DNA from: Polyangiaceae bacterium | GTDB lineage: Bacteria; Myxococcota_A; Polyangia; Polyangiales; Polyangiaceae | Direction of reading: 5' to 3' | NCBI GenBank assembly: GCA_965222375.1 | Contig: CBDCTZ010000009.1 | Span: 288,001-352,000, forward strand | DNA length: 64,000 nucleotides | Shown: positions 1-10,244 of the stretch, piece by piece | Layout: each line of letters begins with the position of its first letter | Numbering within the stretch: the first letter of the stretch is position 1 | Notes under the pieces: generated by a model | What the model was told of the DNA's origin: nothing | The model's input: only the letters and a program-made list of their open reading frames with translations | Databases searched by the model: none | Program-made: the position numbers and the translations under genes

Positions 1-219
1 TCCGGCGGCTCTTGTGTTGCTTTACCGACGCCACCCGGGGGCGCTTGCGTGGGCGGTACTGACGCCGGAAGCGACGCTACGGTCCCTGACGCCGGAGCGG
101 ACGTGGCAAGCGACGCGAACTCGGACGCCGGAGATGCCGCTGCGGATGGCGGCGACGCGTCGACGGATGCGGCAGCGGACGCCGACGCGACCGTATCGGA
201 CGCTGCTACGGACTCATGA
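1..219 (+). CDS. 3' fragment of a Cys-containing, Asp/Ala/Gly-rich low-complexity protein (probably secreted or a lipoprotein); partial at the window edge
   Basis: Frame 1 reads open from base 1 as SGGSCVALPTPPGGACVGGTDAGSDATVPDAGADVASDANSDAGDAAADGG...TDS*. The TGA at 217-219 overlaps the next ATG (ATGA). DAG-type repeats are typical of myxobacterial surface proteins. Not in the ORF track. Confidence 0.65.
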   Translation, partial: SGGSCVALPTPPGGACVGGTDAGSDATVPDAGADVASDANSDAGDAAADGGDASTDAAADADATVSDAATDS

Positions 220-1193
220 CCGAGCCCAAGCGGCGGGACGCGACACGCGCCAGCCGCGTCGTGCCGGTCTTGCTGAGTGTGCTGGAACGCACCCTCGGTG
301 CCGTTTTGGTGCTGCTCGTCCTGGGCAGCCTGGTCTTTCTCGCACTCCGCCTGTTGCCGGGAGATCCCGCGGCGCTCATCTTAGGAGATCAAGCGCCTGA
401 AGCTGAACGCGCAGTGCTGCGCGCCCGACTGGGCCTCGACCGGCCCCTGCTGCATCAGTACGCCTCCTATCTGCGGGGTCTCGTCACGCTGGACTTGGGC
501 GACTCTCTGGCCCGCCCGGGCACCACGGCCTTCGGGGAGGTTGGACGCGCCTTGGGGCCCACGGCGGCCCTTTCCGGACTCGCGGTGGGCCTCGGCGCAG
601 TTGGGGGCATCGCCGCCGCCTTGCTCTCTGTTGGTCCCTGGCTGGGCGTGCGGCGCGAGTGGGCCCACCGCACCATCTTGGCTTTCGCCGCGACGCCCTT
701 GATCGCCTTCGCCCCACTCTTCACCTACCTGTTCGCGGTGGAGCGAGCCTGGGTGCCCCTGCCAGGCGATCCCGACGCTGGCTTCGCGGGGCTGCTGTTC
801 GCGTCGGGTTTGCTTTCGCTGCCCTTGGCAGCCCAGGTTGGGCGCATCGGTCGGGCAGCTCTGTTGGACCAAGCCCGCGCGAAGTTTCTAGATGTCGCTC
901 GCGCCAAGGGTGCAACATCGGTTCGAATCTGGTTGGTGCATGCACTGCCCGCGGCGTTTGCTCCTATCGCAGTCGTGATCGCCACGCAACTCGGTGCGCT
1001 TCTCGGTGGTGCGGTCGTGCTGGAGCGCCTATTCGAACGCCACGGCCTCGGCACCCTGATGCTCAACGCCTACGCCGCCCGGGATATCCCGGTGCTCGAG
1101 GCTAGCGTCGTCGCTGCAGGCTTGCTGTTCGTGGTGGCACAAGCCGCCGCAGCGTTGGCGAGTGCCGCCCTCGATCCGAGGACCGCCGCGTGA
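216..1193 (+). CDS. Peptide/nickel ABC transporter permease (DppB/OppB family)
   Basis: LLPGDPA, LGLDRPLLHQY...LDLGDSL, EAA-loop ARAKGAT...HAL, VVLERLF..GLG; multiple TM helices. Confidence 0.92.
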   Translation: MTEPKRRDATRASRVVPVLLSVLERTLGAVLVLLVLGSLVFLALRLLPGDPAALILGDQAPEAERAVLRARLGLDRPLLHQYASYLRGLVTLDLGDSLARPGTTAFGEVGRALGPTAALSGLAVGLGAVGGIAAALLSVGPWLGVRREWAHRTILAFAATPLIAFAPLFTYLFAVERAWVPLPGDPDAGFAGLLFASGLLSLPLAAQVGRIGRAALLDQARAKFLDVARAKGATSVRIWLVHALPAAFAPIAVVIATQLGALLGGAVVLERLFERHGLGTLMLNAYAARDIPVLEASVVAAGLLFVVAQAAAALASAALDPRTAA

Positions 1194-2002
1194 GCGAGCG
1201 TAATGGCAAGCTGTCCGCCGCGTTCCGCGTGATTCCGGCTCTGCTCGTGGCCCTGACGGCATTGTGCTTCGTGATCGTATCGGCCCGTTCACCAACTCGG
1301 CTCAGCCTCGAGCTGGCATGGGCCTCGCCGGATGCGGCACGTCCTTTCGGTTCAGGAGACGCTGGCGTGGACTTGATGGCGTTGGTGTTCCACGCCACTT
1401 TCCGCGCTCTCGGCCTCGCCGCTGTCGTCGCTGCGTTCGGCTTTGTGGTCGGGACGCCCCTGGGGACCGCCGCGGGCCTTGCTGGAGGCAAGGGGCAGCG
1501 TTGGCTGCTTCGAGCCTGCGACTTGACCCAGTCCTTCCCCACGTTCCTGCTCGCGCTAGCGGTCCTCAGTGCCGTGTCCGTGCCGTCCCGCCTGCATATC
1601 GGCGCGGTATTCTGCCTCACCGTGTGGGCGCCCTTCGCCCGCATTGCCAGCGTGCAAGCGCGCGTGCTGGCCCAATCCCAGTTCGTCGAAGCCGCGCTAG
1701 CGCTTGGGGTGTCGCACTTCGTCATCATCCTCAAGCACGTCATGCCCAACCTGCTTGGCCCGGTCTCGATTCAGCTAGGCACGGCCGCCGCCGGGATCGT
1801 GATCGGAGAAACCGCGCTCGGCTTCGTGGGACTAGGCCCCCCGGACGGCGTCAGTCTTGGATCCATCATGGAACAAGGCGCACTATCCATGTTGCGCGCA
1901 CCTCACGTTCTCACGGTCGGCGCCATTGCGGTCATGCTGGTGAGTGGCAGCCTCCAGCTCGCCAGTGAAGGCGTGCGCCGCCTCATGGGCGCCGCGTCCT
2001 GA
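1190..2002 (+). CDS. Peptide/nickel ABC transporter permease (DppC/OppC family)
   Basis: PFGSGDAGVD, FVEAALALG...KHVMPN, ETALGFVGLG; GTGA overlap with the upstream permease. Confidence 0.9.
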   Translation: MSERNGKLSAAFRVIPALLVALTALCFVIVSARSPTRLSLELAWASPDAARPFGSGDAGVDLMALVFHATFRALGLAAVVAAFGFVVGTPLGTAAGLAGGKGQRWLLRACDLTQSFPTFLLALAVLSAVSVPSRLHIGAVFCLTVWAPFARIASVQARVLAQSQFVEAALALGVSHFVIILKHVMPNLLGPVSIQLGTAAAGIVIGETALGFVGLGPPDGVSLGSIMEQGALSMLRAPHVLTVGAIAVMLVSGSLQLASEGVRRLMGAAS

Positions 2003-2048
2003 GCCGCCTGGCGCGCCGCTGTGTTTGGTCTCACGCCCTGACCGCAGC

Positions 2049-3521
2049 CTATTTGCCGGCGACGCGCTTCAGAGAACTGCTGGAGCCCCCCGGGGGCGGT
2101 TGGGTCGCCCGCGAGCTGCGGCCCGAGCGGACGAGCAAGCATGCATTGCGCACGGCACCTGCGAGCTCGGTGCGATCCCAAGGTTTGAGGATTCGAAAAT
2201 CAGCATGAGGCGTGTCCAAATCGACGCGTCCGGACACCACGATGCGACCCACCTGGGGATACTCCTCCGCAAGCAGCTCCATCAGCTCCGCGCCGCTCCC
2301 GTCGGAAAGGCTCAGATCCGTGACCACCGTCGACAGCGGCGATTCTAACTCCGCCGAGACGGCTGCCAGGGAGCCTACTCCGCTGACGTCGAAGCGTTCG
2401 CGCCGCAAATCCGCGACCAACGCCCTGCGCACTGCTGGATCGTCCTCGACCACCAGGATGCGATGTCGCTCGGGGCGAAAGGCGGGCAGCCACAAGAGGG
2501 CTCGCATGCCGCCTTCCCCCGTTTCCCGGGGGGTCAGGGTGACTTGGCCGGCGTGGTCCGCCACGATCTGTCGGGTGATGGCGAGGCCCAACCCCGTGCC
2601 CTGGCCCGGTGGCTTGGTGGTTGCGAAGGGTTCGAACATGCGCTCGAGGAGGTCATCTGGAACGCCGAGACCGTCGTCCTCCACAACGATGCTCACGCCA
2701 TCGTCACAACTCTCCACTCGAAGCCAGACGCGCTTGCCGCCCTCTGAAGCTGCGTCGACGGCATTGGACAGTAGGTTCAGCACCGCTTGAGAGACACGAG
2801 TCGCATCGTGGGGCACGGCTACGCTCGAAACGCTGCCAGGAAAAAGGGTGACATCTCGATCCCGAGCGCGAGGTCGCACCATGCGGAGCGCCACATCGAC
2901 GGCTTCACCAACGGAGTGGTCGCGCAGCTCCGGGCGTTCTCTGCGTGCGTAGCCGCAGATGTGTTGCACGAAGCCGCGAATGCGCGATGCAGCGAGCTGC
3001 ATGTCATCGCCGCACTCCGCCAGTTCCGGATCTCGGTGCCGGGACGCGGCCTCGGCGACGAGCTCTACCGCCGCGCAAATCACGCTCAAAGGGTTGTTGA
3101 TTTCGTGGGCCATGCTTGCGGACAGGCGACCGATGGCTACGAGGCGCTCGGAGTGCTCGAGTTGTCGCTGAAGCTTGACGCGGCGCTCTTCGGTGCGTGC
3201 GATCTCTCGCTCTCGACCGAGAAGGAGCGCTATTTCGCTGGCGTCGAAGGGCTTCGGGATGGTCGGAACCCCGGCGGGGGCCGAAGAGTCGGTCATCACG
3301 TGGACCCGGGTCCAGGGACGCTCCCGCAACACCTCGTCCTGCAACAACTCGTGATCGGTCACCTCCGTGTCCGTGACCAAGACCAACGGCGCTCCAGCGG
3401 AGACCCGGCTCCGCGCCGCGCCGACGGATGTCTCCCAGCTGACGGATTCGCCCGTGCGCTCCAATGCGAAACACAAGGCGCGTGCTGCCGCGTCGTCGGT
3501 GGTTACGACCAGAACACTCAC
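2049..3521 (-). CDS. Hybrid sensor histidine kinase (REC-like + HisKA + HATPase + REC), cytoplasmic
   Basis: H-box AHEINNPL, N-box NLLSNAVDA, G boxes DDGLG, FEPFATTK, GTGLGL; C-terminal receiver ILVVEDD...TDLSL...KPW; no TM segment evident. Confidence 0.92.
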   Translation of the reverse strand: MSVLVVTTDDAAARALCFALERTGESVSWETSVGAARSRVSAGAPLVLVTDTEVTDHELLQDEVLRERPWTRVHVMTDSSAPAGVPTIPKPFDASEIALLLGREREIARTEERRVKLQRQLEHSERLVAIGRLSASMAHEINNPLSVICAAVELVAEAASRHRDPELAECGDDMQLAASRIRGFVQHICGYARRERPELRDHSVGEAVDVALRMVRPRARDRDVTLFPGSVSSVAVPHDATRVSQAVLNLLSNAVDAASEGGKRVWLRVESCDDGVSIVVEDDGLGVPDDLLERMFEPFATTKPPGQGTGLGLAITRQIVADHAGQVTLTPRETGEGGMRALLWLPAFRPERHRILVVEDDPAVRRALVADLRRERFDVSGVGSLAAVSAELESPLSTVVTDLSLSDGSGAELMELLAEEYPQVGRIVVSGRVDLDTPHADFRILKPWDRTELAGAVRNACLLVRSGRSSRATQPPPGGSSSSLKRVAGK

Positions 3522-4144
3522 TCTTCGCCGATCTCGTCGAGCTGTGCGCGCATCCTGTTGGCCCAGGGCTTGCGGTCACCATTGGGGAACCAGGACTCGA
3601 CCCGTGAAATGACTGCGAGCACGCGCGTGCGTTGGGATCCGGTCAGCGGTTCGGATTGCTCGCGATGACGCTTCAGCAGGCTCGCGAGAGAGTGCTCGAT
3701 GGCGGTGGCTGTTGGGTCGGTGGGAAAAGACCCTGCGGCATTGCTGAGACCTTCGATGAACTCGAGCAAGTCGACGTTGGTGCGAGTCGTGCCATCTTCG
3801 AAGGTGTCGAGCCGGCCTGTCTGAGCGCGACTCGTTTGCGTGGACGCTTTGCGGGACTGCACGTCCGAGTCCAGAACCTCCAACAAGTCCGTGCCCACCT
3901 TGATCAAATCCCCAGGGTGGAGCCCCCGAGAGCCATTGACACGCTCGCCGTTCACAAACGTGCCATTTCGGCTGCCTAGGTCATTGATGACCAAGCCCTC
4001 ATTGTCCGCCTTCAACGCGCAATGCTGGCGGGAGGCGAGTTCGTTGCTCAGGACGATCGTGCAGTAGGCACTACGGCCGATGACCGTTTCTTCCCGGCGT
4101 ACCGGGAAGTGCGTCCCTTTGAAACGAATCCAGTGCGCAGCCAC
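3518..4144 (-). CDS. FHA domain protein
   Basis: IGRSAYC...ASRQH...DLGSRNGTFVNG. Start moved to GTG at 4144 (ORF track start 4306). Stop overlaps the kinase start. Confidence 0.88.
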   Translation of the reverse strand: MAAHWIRFKGTHFPVRREETVIGRSAYCTIVLSNELASRQHCALKADNEGLVINDLGSRNGTFVNGERVNGSRGLHPGDLIKVGTDLLEVLDSDVQSRKASTQTSRAQTGRLDTFEDGTTRTNVDLLEFIEGLSNAAGSFPTDPTATAIEHSLASLLKRHREQSEPLTGSQRTRVLAVISRVESWFPNGDRKPWANRMRAQLDEIGEE

Positions 4145-4274
4145 TTTCCCAATAAAGATGTTAACGGTACTGGCCGCGAAACGTGAAGTGCTGATTTTAC
4201 GCGGCTGCCCGACACCGTCGGACACGGCCTCACGTTTACCTACCCCCGAGAGCAATGTGTCAGTTTCATGACGC

Positions 4275-4919
4275 TCACGTCCACAGGGTGCGTAACGCGA
4301 CATCACCGTACGCTATTGCCACGTAGTACACGTAGAAGCGTGGAATTCGGAGCAAAGTCATTGGACCAAAAGCCCCGAACGGCACTCCGAAGATTCCAGC
4401 GAACCAGCAGGTGATGCTGAAAGGGATGGGGGTGATCGCCCCGAGGGCGACCGCCCATTTGCCATGGCGGGCCACCAGCGCTTTTGCGCGACGTCCCCTT
4501 CGGGAGAGCAACCGCGTCGCGAAAGCAGTGCTTCCCGCGTGTTTGCCGAAATAGAAGCCGGCGCAGCCCGCCGCTGCCGAACAACAACCCACCAGAAGAA
4601 TCACCCAGGGCCAACGCTCGTGCAGCTCGCTCTTGGCGATGACCACCAGTAGTGCATCGGGTGGGATGGGAGTAATCACCGAGTCGCTCAGAACCAAGAT
4701 CCCAATCAAGCCTGATAGGCCCAACGTGTCATGGACCCAGTGGGTGACCGCAAGCATCTGCGCCTCGTAGCGCAGGCTGCAGTACGCCACGATGCCGACC
4801 AAGAGTACCAGGGCGAGCACTCCCGTGAACAGACTCCGACGCACGTACGCCTGAAGCTCGGCATCAGAGTGCCTCTGATGCTCGGCCCCGTCCCGAGCAG
4901 GCGAGCTGTCCGAACTCAC
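4275..4919 (-). CDS. DedA/YqaA (VTT domain) membrane protein
   Basis: PIPPDALL, GAITPIPFS...AG motifs and hydrophobic helices. Start moved to GTG at 4919; the upstream part of the track ORF overlaps the HEAT gene. Confidence 0.8.
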   Translation of the reverse strand: MSSDSSPARDGAEHQRHSDAELQAYVRRSLFTGVLALVLLVGIVAYCSLRYEAQMLAVTHWVHDTLGLSGLIGILVLSDSVITPIPPDALLVVIAKSELHERWPWVILLVGCCSAAAGCAGFYFGKHAGSTAFATRLLSRRGRRAKALVARHGKWAVALGAITPIPFSITCWFAGIFGVPFGAFGPMTLLRIPRFYVYYVAIAYGDVALRTLWT

Positions 4920-5061
4920 GCGTGCAGACTGGTCTCTCGGCTCTCCCTCCGCAACTTGCCGGCTCCCACCGCCGGCTCCGCGCCGGATTCTCGCCCGCTG
5001 GCGCAAGGGCTGCGCGGGTTGTGGCTGAAGACCGGGCCAAACGCGATAGGCTGGCCATCCC

Positions 5062-6093
5062 GTGTTCAGCCCTCGACTACTCCCGCGCACCTTGGCCGCG
5101 TGCCTGCGTGACGTGAAGCACAAGAAGCTGGAAGTCCGACTGGCGGCGGTCCGGGATCTGGCGCGCCACGCCTCATCGGCAGACAGCAAGCCGGCGCGCA
5201 GCGCCCTATGCGATGCCCTAGCGAATGACTCCGCCGTGGCCGTTCGGGCGGAAGCTGCGGTTGGGCTGGCGGACGCGGGGGCCCGCGAGCATCTCGACGA
5301 ACTATGCGACGCCTTGGAGGACGAAGCATTGCGAGTTCGACAGATGGCCCTCGTCGCCGTCGGCGAGCTGTCGACCACCGAGGACAAGCGAGCTCTGTGC
5401 GCCGTGAAGGCCTTGCTGAGAGACGCCGCGCCGGAGCTTCGTTTTCAAGCCTTGATTGGCGCCCGCAAGCTACTGCCTGCGCCCGAGTTTCTGGCGGAGG
5501 TCGCAACGGCCCAAAAGGACGAAGACGACGAGGTGCGATACATCGCGCTGCGGCTGGCGGAAGAAGTCCACGCTGACGACGAGACGGTGCCGCGAGCGCT
5601 CCTGAACGCTGCACTCATCGGTGCTCGAGACGACAGCCCCCGAGTGCGCCTGATCGCGGCTCTGGTCTTGGTGCGAGCGGAGCACAGCTCTGGCACGGAA
5701 CTATTGGCGGACCTGCTCAACAGGATCCGACTGGATCTCTCCCTCGACGATGAAGCCGCTGCTATCGCGCTCGCCGGGCAGCATGGAATCGAGGCGGCGC
5801 TGCCTGGCCTGCAGCGGCGGGCCTTCGGCGGACTGCTCTCCTCCAGCCCGCTCCAGTGGCAAGCGCGGATCGCCTTGGCCCAGCTCGGCGACCCCCGGGC
5901 CCGCAAGACCATCTTGGGCGGGCTGTCGGCCTGGACCCGCGACGGCCGCACCCTCGCGGTGGTCGCCGCCGGAAAAGCAGGTCTGGCGGAGGCGCGGAAA
6001 AAAATCGAGGCTCTGGGGGCGTCGCCTCGAGGCGCGGATCCCGAAGCGGTGGCTCAAGCACTGCAATTGTTGAAGGAAGTCGACGAGCCCTGA
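5062..6093 (+). CDS. HEAT/PBS-lyase-like repeat protein
   Basis: Repeated helical units EVRLAAVRDL, AVRAEAAVGL, RVRQMALVAVG, ELRFQAL, EVRYIAL, RVRLIAALVL. Confidence 0.85.
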   Translation: MFSPRLLPRTLAACLRDVKHKKLEVRLAAVRDLARHASSADSKPARSALCDALANDSAVAVRAEAAVGLADAGAREHLDELCDALEDEALRVRQMALVAVGELSTTEDKRALCAVKALLRDAAPELRFQALIGARKLLPAPEFLAEVATAQKDEDDEVRYIALRLAEEVHADDETVPRALLNAALIGARDDSPRVRLIAALVLVRAEHSSGTELLADLLNRIRLDLSLDDEAAAIALAGQHGIEAALPGLQRRAFGGLLSSSPLQWQARIALAQLGDPRARKTILGGLSAWTRDGRTLAVVAAGKAGLAEARKKIEALGASPRGADPEAVAQALQLLKEVDEP

Positions 6094-6295
6094 GGGCAGA
6101 TCTCGAGACCTGCTCGCGGCTGGTTTCGGGCGGGGCAACGCCATCTGCTGCGTTGGCGCTCCTCGAAATACTGTGAGTATTCCTTCGTCGCGCCGCCTTG
6201 CATCTGGCATCGCCGCGCCTCAAAACCAGCTCCCTCGAGGGTCTGAGATCTGCCCTAAACACCCTGCCCGACTCGTGGTACTCGACCGCAGACTC

Positions 6296-7396
6296 ATGGA
6301 AAGCCCCGATTCGGATCTCGGTCTGTTCCAACTCGTCGACGAAGCGGGCGTGTTCGTCGGAAGCGGCGAGCTACCCGTCGGCGACGACGTCCTCATCGAC
6401 ATGTACCGCCAGATGCGCCGGCTGCGCATCCTGGAAGCCCGCATGGTCGGTCTGCAGCGGCAGGGACGCGTCGGTTTCTACGGCACCTGCACGGGCCAAG
6501 AGGCACCTCCGGTGGCGACGGCCCTCGCCACGGACCCCGGGGATTGGATTTTCCCCGCGCTGCGCGAGAGCGCGATCATGTTGGCTCGCGGGTTTCCTCT
6601 GAGCACGTACCTGGCACAGGTGTTTGGCAACAGCTTGGACGTCCTGCGCGGCCGTCAGATGCCGAGCCATATGAGCGCGCGAAGCGTCAACCAAGTCTCT
6701 TGGTCCAGCTGCATTGGCCCTCAGATCCCCCAGGCCGTGGGCGCGGCGTGGGCGGCACGTTTGGCTGGAGATTCCATGGTGAGCATCGGCTTCATGGGTG
6801 ACGGCGCAACCAGCCAGCCGGATTTCCATAACGCCATGAATTTCGCGGGCGTGTATCGCGTGCCGTGCGTCATGATCTGCCAGAACAACGGTTGGAGCAT
6901 CAGTGTGCCAACGTCTCGCCAGACCGCGTCGCAAACCATCGCGGTGAAGGGGCGCGCTTACGGGGTACCCGCGGTCCGTGTCGACGGCAATGACGTTGTG
7001 GCCTGCTACGACGTCATTCACTCGGCAGTCGAGCGAGCTCGCGCCGGACAAGGGGCTACCTTTATCGAGTGCGTGACCTATCGCATCGGCGCACACTCTA
7101 CGAGCGACGATCCGAGCCGGTATCGCAGCGAAGAGGAAGTTCAGGCCTGGGCCGCAAAAGACCCCGTAGAGCGTTTGCTGAAGCTGCTGCGCTCCCGCAA
7201 CGCACTATCGGAAAAGCAAGAGGCGGACATTGACGCGGAGCTCACGCAGCAAGTCTCAGAGGCGATCAAGACCGCGGAGGCCGGCGCACCGCCAGCACGG
7301 GAATCGTTGTTCGAGGACGTGTACCGGGACCGTCCGTGGCACCTGGACGAACAACTGGAAGAACTGAAGCGCTCTCCCAAGCCACCTGCGCACTGA
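6296..7396 (+). CDS. 2-oxoacid dehydrogenase E1 alpha subunit (PdhA/BkdA1 family, TPP-dependent)
   Basis: LQRQGR, GQEA, GRQMPSH, TPP motif GDGATS...CQNN, YRIGAHSTSDDP. Start taken at ATG 6296. Confidence 0.93.
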   Translation: MESPDSDLGLFQLVDEAGVFVGSGELPVGDDVLIDMYRQMRRLRILEARMVGLQRQGRVGFYGTCTGQEAPPVATALATDPGDWIFPALRESAIMLARGFPLSTYLAQVFGNSLDVLRGRQMPSHMSARSVNQVSWSSCIGPQIPQAVGAAWAARLAGDSMVSIGFMGDGATSQPDFHNAMNFAGVYRVPCVMICQNNGWSISVPTSRQTASQTIAVKGRAYGVPAVRVDGNDVVACYDVIHSAVERARAGQGATFIECVTYRIGAHSTSDDPSRYRSEEEVQAWAAKDPVERLLKLLRSRNALSEKQEADIDAELTQQVSEAIKTAEAGAPPARESLFEDVYRDRPWHLDEQLEELKRSPKPPAH

Positions 7397-7444
7397 CGCG
7401 CCGCTGCCCGGCGCCGGGGCGTTTCGTGATATAGCCGCCAAGCC

Positions 7445-8857
7445 ATGAGTGACACCAGCTTCGATGCGATTGTGCTGGGCGGTGGGCCCGGCGGATACGT
7501 GTGCGCCATTCGCCTCGCTCAGCTCGGTTTGAGCGTGGCCTGCGTGGAAGAAGAAGAGTACGGCGGCGTGTGTCTCAATTGGGGATGCATTCCTTCCAAG
7601 GCGTTGATCAGCACGGCGCATCTATTTCACAAGGCAGAGCGGGCATCGGTGCAGGGTCTGTCCTTTCCCTCCGCGAGCCTCGATACGCCGAAGATGCAGC
7701 GCTGGAAGGACGGCATCGTCGAGAAGCTCACCGGCGGCGTTCGCCAGCTACTCAAGGCCAATGGCGCCACGGTGGTCGAGGGGCGCGGCCGACTGACCGG
7801 CGCGCGCACGATTGAGGTCAGCACCAAGGGCGGCGGAACCAAGACCCTTACCGCGGGCAAGGGCATCGTGCTGGCAACCGGGAGCGCGACGATCCAGGTT
7901 CCCGGTCTCGAATTCGACGGAAAACAGGTTGTTGGCGCGCGGGAAGCGGTGAGCCTGCAAGAGGTGCCCAAGCGCTTGGTCGTCGTCGGCGGGGGAGTGA
8001 TCGGGCTGGAACTCGGCATGGTCTACCAGGCCTTCGGTGCGGAACTCTCGGTGGTGGAGCTCACCCCGTCTTTGCTACCCGGCGTGGACCCAGAGTGCGT
8101 CCGCGTGGTCGAGCGCACCCTCAAGAAGCGCGGTGCCAAGGTCCACAAGTCGACCAAAGCCACGGGCTACGAGCGCAACTCCGATGGCTCCTTGTCCGTG
8201 AAGCTCGATGGCTCCGGCGCACCAGCTCAGTTGGATTGCGACGTGCTCTTGGTGGCCGTGGGCATGAAGCCGCGCTCCCGCGGCATTGGGCTGGAAGAGC
8301 TCGGCGTGGCCATCGACGAGCGCGGCTTCGTCCCGACGGATGAGCGCTGTCAAACCAACGTGCCCGGGGTCTATGCGATCGGTGATGTGTCGGGTCCACC
8401 CATGCTGGCCCACAAGGCGAGCAAAGAGGGCGAGGTTTGCGCGGAAGTGTTGGCAGGAAAGGCTGCGGCCAAGGATTGGGCCACCATTCCGGGCATCATC
8501 TTCACAGATCCCGAGATCGCCACCGCGGGTCTCACCGAGGCTGAGGCCAAGGAGCAGGGCTACGACGTTCGAGTCGGCAAGTTCCCCTTTGCCGCCTTGG
8601 GTCGGGCCATGAGCATCGGTGAGACCGACGGCTTCGTGAAGATGGTGATAGATACGTCTACCAAGCGCATTCTCGGCATTCACATTGTCGGACCGGCCGC
8701 GAGCGATCTGATCAGCGAAGCGGTGTTGGCCCTGGAAATGGTGGCGACGGCGGAGGACCTATCGCTTTCTGTGCATCCTCATCCCACCCTTGGCGAGTCA
8801 TTGATGGAAGCGGCGGCCGCCTCCTTGGGCCACGCCATTCACGTGATCAACCGTTAG
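7445..8857 (+). CDS. lpdA: Dihydrolipoyl dehydrogenase (E3)
   Basis: GGGPGGY, redox-active [22 protein letters not shown]-terminal HPHPTLGE. Confidence 0.97.
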   Translation: MSDTSFDAIVLGGGPGGYVCAIRLAQLGLSVACVEEEEYGGVCLNWGCIPSKALISTAHLFHKAERASVQGLSFPSASLDTPKMQRWKDGIVEKLTGGVRQLLKANGATVVEGRGRLTGARTIEVSTKGGGTKTLTAGKGIVLATGSATIQVPGLEFDGKQVVGAREAVSLQEVPKRLVVVGGGVIGLELGMVYQAFGAELSVVELTPSLLPGVDPECVRVVERTLKKRGAKVHKSTKATGYERNSDGSLSVKLDGSGAPAQLDCDVLLVAVGMKPRSRGIGLEELGVAIDERGFVPTDERCQTNVPGVYAIGDVSGPPMLAHKASKEGEVCAEVLAGKAAAKDWATIPGIIFTDPEIATAGLTEAEAKEQGYDVRVGKFPFAALGRAMSIGETDGFVKMVIDTSTKRILGIHIVGPAASDLISEAVLALEMVATAEDLSLSVHPHPTLGESLMEAAAASLGHAIHVINR

Positions 8858-9333
8858 GTGCCCGGCGGGCTGTCGCGTAGCCGCTCCAAACTCCCAATCG
8901 CCTCTTCCACATGGCGTCGCGCATCCAGGGCGCTGGAGAAGGCGTGCAGGATCTTGGCGTCACGGTTGATCACGAAGGTGACTCGACCGTCGAAGAAACC
9001 CAGAGTCTTTTTCACGCCGAAGGATGCGCGCACCTTGCCATCGGTATCGCTGAGCAAGGTGTAGGGCAGGTCGTGCTTCCCGGCGAAGGACTCGTGGCTA
9101 CGGACGGAGTCTCGGCTGACTCCCACCACCTGCGCGCCGCGACTGAGGAACACCTCATGGCGATCCCGAAACGCGCACGCCTCGGCGATGCACACGGGTG
9201 TGTCGTCCTTGGGGTAGAAGAAGAGGACGACGGGACCTCGTTTCAGGGCCTCTACAAGCGTGAAGCTACTGCCGTCTTGCGCGGTGAGGGTGAAGTCCGG
9301 CGCGGAGTCACCGACGCCAAGTTGGGCTTCCAT
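8854..9333 (-). CDS. bcp: Peroxiredoxin, BCP/PrxQ family
   Basis: [19 protein letters not shown] (PxxxTxxC with resolving Cys), GVSRD, RVTFVI. Confidence 0.92.
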   Translation of the reverse strand: MEAQLGVGDSAPDFTLTAQDGSSFTLVEALKRGPVVLFFYPKDDTPVCIAEACAFRDRHEVFLSRGAQVVGVSRDSVRSHESFAGKHDLPYTLLSDTDGKVRASFGVKKTLGFFDGRVTFVINRDAKILHAFSSALDARRHVEEAIGSLERLRDSPPGT

Positions 9334-9499
9334 TGGGCCCGAGCATAGCGGAGGGGCGTCGGCCTGGGCGGGGGTCTGGCTGCCGCGCGCACGAGGGCGT
9401 CGAAAATTGCCCTGGAAAACTCAGGAAACGCCAGCTCGACCCTGGTTTTTGGGAGCATCGGCTAGCGGGCCTCTCGGCCCCCATGGCAGAGTCAGCGCC

Positions 9500-10234
9500 A
9501 TGGGGATTTTCGACCGTATGGGCAGAGTGATTTCGTCGAACTTCAACTCTTTGTTGGACAAGGCAGACGACCCCAAAAAGAGCATCGACCTGACGCTCAG
9601 AGAAATGCGCGAGCAGCTCAAAGCCGCGCGCCAAGAGGTCGTGCGCAGTGTCGCTGCGGAGAAACAACTACGCGGCAAGGTCGACGAACTCGACAAGGAG
9701 GTCGAGAAGTGGTCCAAGCGCGCCGAACTCGCCGTCAAGCATTCCGACGACGACCTGGCGCGGGAAGCACTGGTGCAGAAGAAGCGCCTCACCCAGGAAC
9801 GAGACCGGGCAGAGGCGCTTCGCGCCGAGCAACGCACCAACGCCTTGGAGATGAAGGCCGAACTAGAGCGAATGGAAGCCAAGCATCAGGAGCTGGATGC
9901 GAAGAAAGGCACCTTGGCCGCCAAAGCGCAACAGGCGAAAGCCGGCGGCGGCGTGGAGGGTCTGGGCGCACCTGTTGGTGGCAGTGCCTTCGGCGAGTTC
10001 CGACGCATGGAGGATCAGATCGAAGGCGTCGAGGCCGCAGTTCAGGCGCAACGCGAAGTCGAGGAGGCCTTGGGGCCGGGGGTGGGCCCGGGCGGTTTGA
10101 GTCGCGACGAAGTCGAAGCCAAGTTCCGCCAACTCGAGTACGGCGAGAAGTCGGCCGGCAGCGGCAGCGCAGCGAGCAGCGAGATTGATGACGAACTGTC
10201 GGCGCTGAAGAAAAAAGTCCGCGTCGATAGCTGA
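9500..10234 (+). CDS. pspA: PspA/IM30 (Vipp1/ESCRT-III-like) family protein
   Basis: MGIFDRMGRVISSNFNSLLDKADDPKK N-terminus, DDDLAREAL, long coiled coil, IDDELSALK C-terminus. Start ATG 9500. Confidence 0.92.
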   Translation: MGIFDRMGRVISSNFNSLLDKADDPKKSIDLTLREMREQLKAARQEVVRSVAAEKQLRGKVDELDKEVEKWSKRAELAVKHSDDDLAREALVQKKRLTQERDRAEALRAEQRTNALEMKAELERMEAKHQELDAKKGTLAAKAQQAKAGGGVEGLGAPVGGSAFGEFRRMEDQIEGVEAAVQAQREVEEALGPGVGPGGLSRDEVEAKFRQLEYGEKSAGSGSAASSEIDDELSALKKKVRVDS

Positions 10235-10244
10235 GTCCAGGAAC

